A stretch of 64,000 nucleotides of DNA from Tubiluchus corallicola (taxonomy: Eukaryota > Animalia > Priapulida). The notes under the pieces are model-generated. The model was given only the letters and a program-made list of their open reading frames with translations, did not search any database and was not told the DNA's origin. Position numbers and translations under genes: made by a program. This document shows positions 11,465-24,511 of this stretch, piece by piece. The DNA lies in NCBI GenBank assembly GCA_030141605.1, contig JAQGDQ010001058.1, positions 1 through 64,000 of the forward strand. The letters run 5' to 3'. The stretch's first letter is position 1. Every line of letters starts with the position of its first letter.

Positions 11465-14400
11465 GTTTGTTATAACTATAAGTGTGATTTCAGGTTTTGT
11501 GGCTTTTTTTCTGTAGCTCATTATATTCAGTATTAGTAGCCTAGGCAATCTAATCGCTTAGAACTTAGGAAATTAGAAGTTTTTTTGAAACTTGCACGGT
11601 AATTTCTGACCATTGTAGTCATATAGTTAGAGTAGTCAGAGCATTGGCCTGGCGTCATTGACAGGAATTCCACTGATAGCTTTATCCGAGCTATCTTTTC
11701 TGCTTTTGCAATGTGATATTTTTGAATTTGCTACAATCTTATTGCTATGTTTAAAAAGGGTAGGCTTACACAAGAAGTTACTTCTTCAGTTTGAAGCTTT
11801 ATCATAATCGAGGGTCGTGTGGTCACCAGAGTTTTCAAAAACACAGCAAATTTGTTAGTTGTTTGAACTTCGTGCAAGAATCCTAGATTTTTTTAGGTGT
11901 ATCGCATTGATCTACATCACTAACTCTCTGATTCTTAGATATGTCTTTGCTTTAGTACCAATTATTCCTGTGAATACCATAATTACAGAAATTAATAAAA
12001 ATTATGATACACACTAGTTTTGTATGTAGTACAAATTAGGGGTGAGAATCGAATTTGAACGCGTTTTTTAACTCAAATCCGATTCAAACCTAAAATTATA
12101 AATTCAAATAATTCAGCACTTCAACCACATGTTCTTTTGTCATTAAAATGTTTTAAACATCATGCAACTAGCACAATTTAGTAGCGATATTTGTGCGCAA
12201 TTTTTAAACTAATATTAGTGGACCAAAATCGAGTAATAGGGCCTATGCATGACTTTTGTAAAACTGCTTTTTACTGAGGGTTCGAAAACTTGTTCGAAAA
12301 TTTTTCAAACCCATTTCGAAATCGAAATACTGAAGTTTGGTTTGATTCGATTTCGAAAGTCACAAATTCGATTCGAATTCGATTTTTGGTGGAGAATGCT
12401 CACCCCTAGTACAAATAAAGTTAGCCTGTTTTTCAAACAAACTTGAAATGAATTAAATTATAATTTTCTGTTTACAGTGTATACCACCTCCCTATGGTCG
12501 CCATGGTGCTAACTGGGGCATTCCTATTAATGCCAAGGTCGCTTGGATTATTCAAGAAATGCCCTGTTTCTTAGTCGTTTCGGTTTACCTGATGACAGAG
12601 TGGTCCAACATTTTGCTAGTCAATAAAATACTTCTGTTTTTATTTTTTGTACACTATTTTCAGAGGTAAGTATGTGTAAATTACTGTGCAACAGAGCAAT
12701 CCTTTCGTGTTTAATCTTATGACTTACTGTTACTGTTACTAGACAATTTGGTAATTTTAAGTCAATTTATTTTATAGTTAAAGACCTACATGTTCGCAAA
12801 AAACTTCGTGCATTTTTACACATTTAATGTAATATGCAGAAAAGCCTTTAACCCTTTCATTACATAGTTGCTTTTTAACTGGGCCAAATTAACTTTTGCA
12901 CATTTGACAATAACTTCTTGTGATGTGTTACTAAAACGGAATCTTATAAATAAACAAATAGTTGTTCGTTATTGAGTACTGATAATAAATACCATTTATA
13001 TAGTTTTATTTCTACATATGCACACTCATACGAGCACACGTACATGCACACACACGAACGTGCAGACCCTCGTAAATAAGCATGTACTTATATTTAGGAA
13101 CCAGTTTTCACAAAAAATATGCAATCGTTTTGTAAGAATGCAGAATAATCAACAGAATGCACGTTTTGCCAACGATCTACAAGTGATTTTGCATGGGAAC
13201 ATACCATACAGTATTGTGGAATGCACCTGGCTTCAGATGCTGATTGACTGGTTAGCATTGCTTGTTGTGAAGGAACCCTAATCCCACAGCTGTCAAATTT
13301 TTCTACAATGTTTTTGCATGCCCATAACAGTGAAATAAACAGACCTGGGTAACTGTGCTTAGTGCTAAGCTCGGGCGGCAGTCTACCACCTTCCATCCGT
13401 TACATGAAAAACATAGGCAGCATTGTTCCGCCTTCCATAGTGAAAAGGTTAAATGCTGTTTTCCTCTATGTATATTATTACATCACCCGCTACCTCAATC
13501 ACCTTTTTCATGTGCTTTACTTTTTTACAGGACATTTATTTATCCCGTATTAATCCGAGGAGGAAAGCCGACTCCACTTCTCACATTGTGTGCTGCATTT
13601 TTCTACTGTTTCTACAATAGTTATATAATCAGTGTCTACTTTTCCAAGCACTATGATGGTAGATCTGTGCCCGTTTTCAGGTTTATTAGTGGTGAGTTTG
13701 TCATAGTTTTAGTAAATAGTTTCATTTCTCTAGTGGAAAGATTATTATAATGTTATTGGGGCCTTTTGTAACAGTTGTCATCCACAATCGTTTTGTAGTA
13801 CATTGGGTTGGTGAAAATATACTGAACTGTAAGTATAGAGTTCAAGTCTGTTTATTTTAAGATAAATCGCTTTTCTTTTTTGACTGTTCCAACCACTACA
13901 CATTGATAAGAGATGACCTTTTCCAGTTAACCCAAACTTTGAAGCAGCTTAAAGCCTGCATTGCCAGACTCAGAGTGTTTACAGAGTGACTGGACGAAAG
14001 TTGCTACCCCTTGTGTCAGTTTTTTCATTACATTTTTAACTAGGTGACATTCCTGAGGTATATTTGGTACAAACAATTTCTAAGTCAATGTCCTAGTGGC
14101 GACAGTTTGTGCAAAATAAGAAGCAGGAAATACTTCAGAAAAAAAAGAGAAATCAATAACCCTATAACACTCTTATTGTTAGAGTAATCAGGGGTGTTTT
14201 ATGCTAAAACTTTGGATTTAAAGGAAAACTCAAGTCTTCTTGGAAGTTAGGCTTATGTTAATGTTGGCAAAGAGTGTTAGAAGGATTTAGTAAAACTGGT
14301 GTATTAACGGCCGAGTAGCTTTGCCGCTTATGCCATAATAATCAGAACGTACACGTACATGATGCAAAAAAGAGACTATACAATAATCGATAATTATACG

Positions 14401-17400
14401 ATAATTTAGTAACTAAAAACCAAAACTAATTTTTGCGAAACTAAAAAACAAAGCATGAAAAAATGTGCGTCGAAAAAATTGAAAACATTATTGTTAAACC
14501 AGTGGAAAATAAACTTTGGTTTCAACTGATTTTAAATATTTCACAATTCAGCTTTAAACATTCACAAAGCTTCAAAAACTTTTTTTGCTCTCTCACAACT
14601 GACATTTTTTGAGTTCATGAGGTAAGAGAGAAGCAAATTTTTTTGTTGTCGGCAAAAGACAAATGTCAGTTCAGAACTTTTTGATTTCACATGTAGTTTG
14701 GCTTGTCTAATCATTTAACATTTGAAAAATCTAGCGTAACTGATAAAGCAAAATGTTTCTTTGGATTGTTGTTACTGTGTTCAATTATTTCTTAGGCGTG
14801 GCACTTTTTATTATTGGAATGGGAATAAATATACATTCCGATTACATACTTCGGCACCTGCGGAAGGAGCATGGAGATAGTGGATACAAAATACCGAGAG
14901 GTTAGTTGTGTCTGGTAACAAAGTTTTGTTTTCTATGTAGAAATGTGGTATTTTAAAAGTAGAAAGGGTCAATGATTGCTAGTTAAACCCTTTTTTTCTG
15001 TAATTTATGTGTTAAGGTAAGTATACATGTACGTTAAAACAAGCAAGTTGGTCTAAGAGTCAAAGTATTTGTGTTGTGGGTGAAGCTTTGGTAAAAGTGG
15101 AGCATGCTTGCCCTTGGAGGTTTAGCCTTTGTGTCTTGCCTTTTTAGATATAGCCAAAGAATCCGGGATTTTAGTGACAATATTTATTGTTGTTTGTTCT
15201 ACGTTTGGTGTAAGAATCAAAGAATTTGATGTGGGTGAAGCTTTGGTAAAAGTGTAACATGTTTGCGCCGTCGGATGTTGAGTCTTAAAGAATATCCAAA
15301 AAATCTGTGATTTTTGTGACAACATTTATGTCTATTTGTGTGCTTCCATAGCAATATCGTCCATAAGTCGGCAGTTAAGTTTTTCTAGTTATTCACATAT
15401 CCTGAATCTCCATTTCATGAGGATCATTTTGATACCAAGGTCATCACTCTATGTTATTTCTAAGTTGAGATAATCCATGTTGTAGTTGAGGTGCAGGCTG
15501 TGCACTGGAAAACTTAACCTTGAGAAAATCGGTATTAGAGTTAGCCATTGTTTTTTTGTTGCATCTCTACAAAATACTTAGCAACCGTACAAATGGCTGG
15601 TTGCTATGGACTTTACAAGAGCACACTGATGTTATGTTTAAATCCAGTAGATGGCTCTTTATGATGAAGATCTGGGTTTGTCAACAGAAACCTGAAGCAA
15701 AATGAGTGCTTTTGGAATTTGAAAGTGCAAGTTTTTTACAATTGCTGTACTTGTTTCTAGCCGGAAAAGTGGGTATGGGGTTAAAAAATTAGATTTTTAA
15801 TATTTTTTGAACATTTTCTAGTCTTTTTTTGATGCTAGAATATAAAAGTCCTATATATTTAGCATTTGTTTTTATAAAAAACAAAAAATTGACATTTGAC
15901 CAAATTTTTAGTGCATTCTACTTTGAAGCATCATACCGTAGTTTGAACCTCGCCGACTTGTGGACAATTTTTGCAAGCTCACATATAATATGTATAATGG
16001 AGATGCTAAGTTGCCAGCTTTCTGAGAACGATGCCACTTATGACACATAATAATAGTAAATGTAGTTATGTAGTTTCTTCTAGGCTTGAACAAACTCAAT
16101 GTTTTGGAGTGATATTACTTTGTTGGCCTGTAAATATCTGCATATATTACACAGCGTAATCTAGCGTATCATAATGAAACGTACCGTAACAAGCGACAAA
16201 ATATCTTATTGCGCCATGCCATAATATAGTAAACTCCGCATAACTGAAATTCAACCGAACTGAAAAGACTTTGAGTTAGGCAACGTTGATCATTTTCTAG
16301 CACAGAAGCTCTAAACCCCTCCTCCAGATGGCGAGCCAAATAGAAGGCAGAAACTCAACCCTTCTAAACATGAATGACGAGATTTGATGACAGTTAGACA
16401 AATAATAAATTATGTAGTGAAACACGATTTTTTTATGTTACAAAAGGACACGTACACAACACTGTTAAACTGAAAGACATTCCCCAGTAGAATGTTTCTA
16501 AATAGTAGACAACTGAGACTCTCCCGGAAAGATCAATCCCGGAGAAAATAATCGGAGGGCGTGACTTGTAAGATATCAGAATTTTGTCAGAAGACGATAC
16601 TGTTTTTTAGTTGCATGAAACTTTGTTTCTAGTGTATAAATTGCATGTAAATTACATGCATTTTGATTAAAGGGATCATAATTTTTTGTTTGAGTTAGGC
16701 AAAATTTTGAGTTAAACAATGTTTTTTGTGGGGAAAAACGAAGGATTTTATCCATTCCGCTGAAATTGTTTGAGTTATTTCGGCGAAAATTTGAGTTATG
16801 TGATATTGAGTTACGCGGAGTTTACTGTATAAGACAACACACAGTTCCCACAGTCAGGGAAAATCCTGAAAAATCCTTGAAAATACTGACTATCTTAGAG
16901 AGTCATGGAAAAGTCAGGGAAAAAGATAATTTGAGTCCGGGAAAATGGTGAAAATTGGACAGAAAGTCAGGGAAAGTGGAAAGCCGTATCCGATATTTTT
17001 TTCTAACATACTTTTCAGCAATTCCTATTCAAATTAAATTTAGCTATGGCAGGTTTCTAGTTTTAATTTCTGTTCCAAAAATACTGATTGGCCCACACAT
17101 TATATATCAGTATGCATATAGATATCCATACACATAAATTGTTTGAATACGTATGCTGGTAATGCAACTTTTGTCATGGAAAATCAATATTTGGTCAGGG
17201 AAATTTATTTTATAATTCTGTGGGAATCCTAACACCGCACATAACACGATATTTTCTCTCTCTCTAGGTGGTTTATTTGAATACGTATCTTGTGCTAACT
17301 TCACTGGTGAGATACTAGAATGGACAGGTTTTGCCATTGCTGCTTGGTCACTACCGTCTCTTGCATTTCTTCTGTTTGTGATAGTCAATCTCTCTGCGCG

Positions 17401-18602
17401 ATCGTGGCATCATCATATGTAAGTTGAGGTTTTTCAGTGGTAGTTTAGAACTTAGTCGATGTCAACATGTCAGGTTAAATTCAGCTGCTGTTTTTTTCCA
17501 TCAACTGAAAGGAAGGCAGGATGATTTTTCATATTGTCAATCTCTCTGCATGTAACACCCTCTGATAATACCCCATTTTCAAGTCTGATAAAAGTACACA
17601 TTTTAGCACCATTGATACTGCAAAAGCGTCTCTGACAGTTAAATAATAGATTAAAAACTTGATTAACGGTGGACGAACCAACATACCAACATAATTTTCA
17701 ACAGCAAAAATATTCCATGAGCATGTTGTCCATGTTTGCGAAAGCAAAAATTGAAGCACAGCACTACTAGTAATATATTCAGTGTGTTGTACTAAAACTA
17801 GACACGTTTTAAGATAAACATTCAAATTTCAAATTTACAGCTGTGCTCACGCATGAGCTGTCGAACGCGTGCAGTTCGTCATAAACTAACACATCTGAAC
17901 TGAAAGGTACAACGCCTGTTTTTTGTGCAATGCGTTTCATGAGCTGTCGAACGTGTGCAGTTTGTCACAAACTAACTCATCTGAACTGAGAGGTGCAGCA
18001 CTTGTTTCTTGCGCAATGCCTTTCCGAAATGTAGGTGATAGTGTCCATTTAAGTAGCGATTGGCGAAATGCATGCAACAGTGAAGAACTAGTGGTGCAAA
18101 CGTGAAATTGTGTTTGTATAGTAATCATTCTTTTGCTTAAGTCATTTTTGAAAAATACTATGCTTCTTTCAATATTTTAAAGAGTAGATTGTTTTGACCT
18201 ACAGTTTAAGATTTGGTCCGGTTTTGGTTTAACACCTTGAGGAACCACATAAACAAAAATGACAGGAAATAACAGAAATCTTTAGAAATTATGAGTATTG
18301 TTTCTCTATCTGGTTTCGGAACTTATATCATTAAAAGTATGCCTGTAATAGATACAATTTTGGTTCGTGTTACATTATTGATTTTTTTATTATCCTATAA
18401 TAATAACAGAACCTAGGCTTCCCTGTTTTCATTTTAAGTAGAATTGACTCTAAATAAATATTATATCCATTCATCCAAGAACTTTATCCAAGAATTTAAT
18501 GAGAAAATTGATTATTTACTATTTAATTTTTCTAGGAACTACTTGAAACGGTTTCCGAATTATCCCAAACGCAGGAAAGCTCTGATTCCATTTATATTGT
18601 GA
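11324..18602 (+). CDS. SRD5A1: 3-oxo-5-alpha-steroid 4-dehydrogenase (steroid 5-alpha-reductase, SRD5A1/2-like), 6 exons, 270 aa
   Basis: Exons 11324-11464, 12478-12665, 13531-13691, 14796-14900, 17268-17418, 18536-18602. All introns are GT-AG, phases are consistent, total 813 nt. Motifs PYGRH, [55 protein letters not shown], HHH and YPKRRKALIPF match the family. The start could be the second ATG at 11333. Confidence 0.93.
12037..12408. mobile_element. hAT-like MITE family F
   Basis: TIR TAGGGGTGAG/CTCACCCCTA; perfect 8-bp TSD GTACAAAT. Confidence 0.9.
12478..12665 (+). CDS. SRD5A1: SRD5A exon 2
   Basis: tttacag|CIPPPYGRHGANWG...HYFQR|gtaag. Confidence 0.95.
13531..13691 (+). CDS. SRD5A1: SRD5A exon 3
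   Basis: ttacag|TFIYPVLIRGGKPTP...RFISG|gtgag. Confidence 0.95.
14796..14900 (+). CDS. SRD5A1: SRD5A exon 4
   Basis: cttag|[35 protein letters not shown]|gttag. Confidence 0.95.
15357..15970. mobile_element. MITE family G
   Basis: GTCCATAAGTCGGC...GCCGACTTGTGGAC termini. Inverted copy at 20225-20820 and a fragment at ~32140-32270. Confidence 0.7.
16227..16827. mobile_element. Tc1/pogo (Tigger-like) MITE
   Basis: TA|TAGTAAACTCCGCATAAC...GTTACGCGGAGTTTACTG|TA. Confidence 0.82.
16840..17231. mobile_element. hAT-like MITE (GTCAGGGAAA subterminal repeats)
   Basis: CAGTTCCCACAG...CTGTGGGAATCCT termini with repeated GTCAGGGAA. Confidence 0.55.
17268..17418 (+). CDS. SRD5A1: SRD5A exon 5
   Basis: tctag|[18 protein letters not shown]...RSWHHH|gtaag. 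Confidence 0.95.
17510..18228. mobile_element. TTAA MITE family C (with ~86-bp internal duplication)
   Basis: AGGAAGGCAGGATGATTTTTC...GGTCCGGTTTTGG|TTAA; 6 copies in the window. Confidence 0.8.
18536..18602 (+). CDS. SRD5A1: SRD5A exon 6 (terminal)
   Basis: tctag|NYLKRFPNYPKRRKALIPFIL*. Confidence 0.95.
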
Positions 18603-19164
18603 AAGAAATTAACACGCTTCGTAGTGAGCGGATCGATCAACACAGTATTTAGCAATGCAGTATTACGAGCTTGAACCATCGATATTTCAGTATAACATTA
18701 TAGCGAACATGGTTTACTGCGTACACACTGGTAATGAGAACTCTCAAAGAAAGAACAAACTTTCGGCCGTTATTTAACTAGCATAATAGCTTTGAATACA
18801 GCGTACTCTGTTATTGCATATTGCGAACTTTTTGCTGGACTTTTTTACATTCACTTTACTGAATGTGTCAGATGAATTTACAACTGAATGTGAACACGCA
18901 ATTTAATACGAAACCTTCTGTAATTTTTAAATTTTTGAAGTCAAATACTTTTCATTGAATTTGAATGTACTGCAAAATAGTTGACACTTGACAAGTTGCC
19001 AGCATCTTCTATAAGCGTTTCACTGCCTTCACGACCTCTATGAAGCCACACGTTGTACGTTATTTAAACACTTTTACTGTTAATACGTGTTTGTCCATCT
19101 ATGCAGTAGGCACACAAATACATGGTTAGCCACATATGCTTATATAGAGTACCTTGGTTATAGA

Positions 19165-19727
19165 CAGTGGTGGCTCGTAGCTGAAATTAGTGGGGGTGCT
19201 TCACAAAACTTTTAGCCATTGTTTTATGACTGTGTAAAACTGAACAAACATAAATTATGTAATTTTAATGTTGTAATTTGTAATTGTAATTTTGAACAAA
19301 CAAACATATGTAATTTTAATGTTGTAATTGTAATTTTGAACAAACTAACATACAAAAGTTTATACAGATATTTCATAAAATCCTATACAAATTTTTTTGC
19401 TTACCAGTTGTCTAAATTGTCACAGTTCAAGCTTGATCCATTCACGGTAAACATGTGGCAACTGACGACAAACTGTGTGAGCGACAGTACTTTCTCAACC
19501 TGGGCTAAGACGGGCGCCTTGCCGCATGTAGACAACAGCCAAACACCACGTTGCTGGAGCCGCGAGTGCACTGTGCAGGGCTGTAAAGCAAACAATACTA
19601 CGCTCGCGTGCTCTGGTTCCGTACAAGTATAAAAAATGAACTAAAGAAAAAAGTCTTATTATATTGAATATTGAGTGAAAATATGGTGTGCTGCAGTTCC
19701 ATGGTAGCTGTACACGAGCTGCCACTT
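19165..19727. mobile_element. hAT-like non-autonomous element
   Basis: CAGTGGTGGCTCGT...ACGAGCTGCCACT inverted termini; TSD not evident. Confidence 0.55.
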
Positions 19728-19845
19728 TTTTCCATGTCGCTGGCAAGTTCGCTATAATGATTTTATAATGTATTACAAAGACTATCTGGTTCTACAGTGT
19801 CCCTCTAAACCAAGCTTTAATTGTTCACAGTTTGTTCCACTAACT

Positions 19846-20170
19846 CAGTGGTTCCCAAACTTTCTCGGACCGTTACCCAAATCGGGAAACCCGGTCGTGT
19901 CCATTACCCCCCACCAAGTACTACTTCTCCAACTCAAAAAGTAAACACACGTATATGCCACAAGCAAGCAAAATTATTGATGTTTGCTCGTGACAGAAAT
20001 AAATTTCCAGGTGTTGTTGTTGTATTGTTGCCAAAACAAGAATTACAATTACTGAACCTGCTCATTACTGAATGAGCAGGTTCGTTCGTTGAACGAGCAG
20101 GTGCCCTTACCCCACCAAAAAAACCATATTACCCCCGGGGGGTAATTTACCCCTACTTTGGGAACCACTG
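19846..20170. mobile_element. hAT (Charlie-like) MITE
   Basis: TIR CAGTGGTTCCCAAA/TTTGGGAACCACTG; 8-bp TSD CACTAACT. Confidence 0.92.
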
Positions 20171-20224
20171 CACTAACTAGTTGTGCAATTATCTACTAGA
20201 AACCACGTGTGCTTGCAAACCAAA

Positions 20225-20820
20225 CCTGTCCACAAGTCGGCATAGTTAAAACTATGTAATGATGCTTCAAAGTAAAATGTACCAAAAATTGGCCAAATGT
20301 CAATTTTTTGTATTTCATAAAAACAAATGCTAAATGCATTATGCTTTTGGACCTTTATATTCTAGCATCAAATTATCAAGAAAATGTTCAAAAAATACCC
20401 ACTTTCCTAGCCAGAAATTAGTACTGCGATTGTAAAAAACTCGTATTTTCAAACTACGATAGTAACTCTTGGAAGCAGTCATTTTGCTTCTGTTTTTTTC
20501 TGCTGACAAGTGCAGATATTCGCCAGGAAAAGCCATCTACTGGATTTAAACATGACTTCAAAGTTTATAGCATCCCAGCTTTTGTACGTTTGCTAAGTGT
20601 TTTGTACAAACATAACAATAACAATGGCTAAGTTTAATAGCAATTTTCTCAAGGTTACGTTTTTCAGTACGTAGCCTGCACCTCAACTTCAAAGTGGATT
20701 ATCTCAGCTTAGAAATAACATAGAACGATGAGCTCGGTATCAAAATGATCCTCATGAAATGGAGATTCAGAGCATGTGAATATCTAGAAGAGCTTAATTG
20801 CCGGCGACTTATGGATGGTT
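20225..20820. mobile_element. MITE family G (reverse orientation)
   Basis: Reverse-complement homology to 15357-15970. Confidence 0.7.
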
Positions 20821-21253
20821 TTGCTATGCAAGCACACATATAACGTGCTTTTGCTATCTGACGTTTTTTGTTTGTAACTTACTATAGAGCGAAGTTTTTA
20901 ATAATTTTGATTCTAATATTTATATACAAGTTTGTAAAGAAACTAGTGTTCAAAATTAATGTGTGTGTAATTAGTTATGTATCAGCTGTGATATGAAATA
21001 CTCCGAAGGCGACGATTATTGCTAATTGCTTAATATGATAACAACCATTTATACGAATTAGTTACTAGTTATAACAGATTCATAATTTATAAGTCTGTGT
21101 ATATTTAATAGTAGGACATAGAATGACAGGAAAATAAATTCATGTGAAAAAGTGTCTAGTTTTCAGTTTATTATACAAAGATGAGATGTAGCGAGATGAG
21201 AAAAATTTGGTCAATTAACTAATTAAAATTAAGCACCTAGCAGAACTTTATAA

Positions 21254-21918
21254 AGGACAAGAAAAAGGGGTACCTGAAGTAGGTTTCAGAAAAATCGCCT
21301 TAAAAAACTATATTACTTTATAGCAATTTTATGCATATATCGTACTCGCGTTGAAAGCAATTTTTGTTTGTTTTCATTTTAAATCTGTTGGAATACTGTT
21401 CCGACGGTGCCATTACTTGACGTCATACATGCACAACATAAACCAAGGGAAGAAAAGACAATATTAAATTGTGTCCCAAAAAACTTTCCATGCAAAATTA
21501 TATAACTTAGCATTTCGCTTACCTGCTTGAAAGACATATAACTAGAAATAATAATTTAAAATGTTTGTGCCCATTTTGTGCAGCAATAAAATGTCGCTAG
21601 CTCACCCTCCAGGGTGCGACACACACTAATCAAAAACTTATCTTACCTTTAATCTTATTGAGTAGATACAGTAATTTAAAATTTTATTTAGTTAGTAACG
21701 TGTGCACTACGAATGTTCTGCTTATTTTTCAAACTTCACGCAATGTTATCTAAACTTGTATCAAACAACATACCATTAAAATATCTGCTTAAATTTACAA
21801 GTTGTATACAGCAATACTGCCAATGCAAGCCCTGCTTGCAAAAAGGCAGTACATAAGAGGTATAAAATTTCAAGACGAATTATTTAAGCTTTATGTAAGT
21901 GGAGGGTTTTCTTGTGCT
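21254..21918. mobile_element. TTAA MITE family B
   Basis: Full-length homology to 3942-4617. Confidence 0.82.
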
Positions 21919-22987
21919 TCGACGAAACAAGAAAATTGCCAATCATAAATTTGTTCTATTTCTGCATAAATCTTGTTGATTAAAGGACCGTAAAGAGTTG
22001 CTGCATTTTGCATGTGTTCATGAAAAACTGTTCTCACTAAGCAGCAATTACGTTATATTTGATAATTTTTGTAGGCTTCTATTCCTCACTCAATGGATTT
22101 TAATGCAAAGTTATTGTATGAAATGCATTTGCTTAAATATGGATTTTTGATGAAAAAATTGAAAAAAGCTTTGAATAATTGAAGTTTTTGCACTGTAACA
22201 ATGTACAGTACATCACTTGTGTGAAATCTGCTAATGCAGAAAATTTCAACTGTCCAGGCACAACACTCTGATACACTTATGCGACACTTTGGCTTCAAGT
22301 CTACTCTATTTTTAAGGAGAAATTCCTTTTAAAAAGTGAAACGACCTAAATTTGTCATTTGCTCGTTTGGTTTTTCCTGGAACTCTTGGGCTTTAGCAAG
22401 CAGGCAATCAATAAAATACAGTAGTGTGCAGGATCACACAAGTGTACACCAGGCTTAATTACTCAATAGACTAAGCTGAAGTGCCTGAAAAGGGCATTTT
22501 TCTTAATTTTAACCAATTAACTCTCTTATAAATATTTAAACAAACAGCATGACTGGATAGCCGAGATTTTCCTGAATAGAACAGTACCTAATTTGTAATA
22601 ATTTACATATGTCTGCACTCATACAGCGGCAGAATTGTCACAGGTCTTATAAGACCCCTATTTTGAATGGTGCGGTCCTGAAGGAGTTAAAATAAATACA
22701 GCAAAACAGTTTTTCTTCAAGCTATAAAAATGCTCTTTTATGAAAAACACGTATCAGACCTTGATAATAACTCACAACTTGAACATCATTACGAAATTAA
22801 CAAGGTATAAAATCAATAGCAATTGCTTCAAATTGCCAAGGTTTGTGTAGTCGTAATTGGAGAAAACTCATCCTATGGTAAAGAGAGCTACCCTGAGAGC
22901 GAAAGGGAAGTTTTCCGGTCGATTACAAAAAAATGAGTTGCAGCAGACAAACTGTTTAATTTAACACTTACAATCCAAATAAAAATA

Positions 22988-23424
22988 CACTCACATCTCG
23001 GTTTGCCGGACAAAAGCAGGGAGACGACGGTCCGAATTTGCCGATTGTCCGTATTTGCCGATACTATGCAAATACAGTAGGCGCCGTGTATTAGGCTCAT
23101 GGTAATGTAGAATCAATCGTCTAATTCTACCAAAAACATCTAGTATGAACCGCTCGTATGCAGAAGTATATAAAAACTGTCAGCAATTGACTCAAATCAC
23201 TCTGCATAATTGACTTACAAAAGCTGATTAAACCACTAAATACGCTGACATACAAGCTACACAAGTGTCGTTACATGCTGCTTCGACATAAGTGGCGGCT
23301 ATTAGCGGTCAGCTTGCAAAATAACGGACTCTGTCCGTAGTATGGGGGAGTTTCTACGGACCAAATTTTGTCCGAATTTTCCGATATCCGTAAAAGCGAG
23401 GTCCGGCAAACGGAGATATGAGTG
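22988..23424. mobile_element. TA-flanked MITE family E
   Basis: TIR CACTCA(C/T)ATCTCGGTTTGCCGGAC; TA flanks. Confidence 0.85.
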
Positions 23425-24022
23425 TATTGGTAGTCTAGTTTTTACAAGCTGCACATAATTATCGTGAAACTCACAACAGATTCTTCCAAGAAAAAAACCA
23501 TGAAAATAAAACAGATTTGCTGTTTGGTCAGAATTTGAAACTGATTATTAGATACTTTGAGATGCAGTCCAGTGATTAATTCTATGTATTCCTGCAGCTT
23601 CTCTGCATTGCGATACAAGATTGTAAGAATTTTGTTCATCATAAAAAGACATTTGGATGAGAGAATAGCGATATGGTCTGCAACTGTATGAGTTTGAGCA
23701 ACACCCGGTTTTGTTTGTGAATTGATTGGTGACTGCAGAAAACACAGTTCCCAGGCGATATGCTTTGTCATGCTGCCATGGAGAAAGGTTGTACAAATAT
23801 CTAAACGTAGCTACGGCATCTTAGTTCAGTATCTCATCCTAAGGCAATTATCGTAATAATCAGCTAGATGCCAGTCCTGCTACAATCCTAGTCTGCGGTA
23901 TTCTGGATACTGACTTGCATTGCAATACCTTTCTCTACAATTGATACAGATGCCTTAAAAACATTTCCACATTGCTGCACAACTACCCAATCTAAAATCT
24001 CTTAAAACAGACAATTATTATT

Positions 24023-24511
24023 CTACGAGTCAAACTTGTATTTCTTAGCCACATCTAGTAAATCATCTGCCGGCTGCAAACTTCTTAAGCGTTTCCTACA
24101 TATTGACATGTTCCTCCTTGTAGCATCAACGGCACTTTCACCCGAGTGCCAAAGACTTCCATGAATGCCCGAGCTTGCGCATGTATCCAGTGGCGTAGTT
24201 GTAGCTTCGTCGGATACAGAAGTCGGTGTTCTCGAGTTGTCTGACGTGTTCAGATGACTGCGGCCGGACTCCACCCTGGATTTCGCTTGCGAGTTAGGCG
24301 GAGTTGACAGCAGATCCTCTAACTTGGTTTCCTGAAACCCTTCCTTTACAGGCCCGGGTCTGGAAGTCGAACCGCCAGCGCTTTCGTCGCTCCGACACAA
24401 TCTTTCCGTCAGATCAGCAATCTTCAGGTCGTACTCGACGAGCTTCCGATTCATCTCCTTTATTTTTCTGTTCTGTTTCTTGTTCTCGTGACGAAATTCT
24501 CTCAGTTTTAT
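24023..24511 (-). CDS. FBXO28: FBXO28 terminal exon (coiled coil plus S/T-rich tail)
   Basis: tttgcag|IKLREFRHENKKQNRKIKEMNRKLVEYD...KKYKFDS*. Confidence 0.88.
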   Translation of the reverse strand: MKLREFRHENKKQNRKIKEMNRKLVEYDLKIADLTERLCRSDESAGGSTSRPGPVKEGFQETKLEDLLSTPPNSQAKSRVESGRSHLNTSDNSRTPTSVSDEATTTPLDTCASSGIHGSLWHSGESAVDATRRNMSICRKRLRSLQPADDLLDVAKKYKFDS

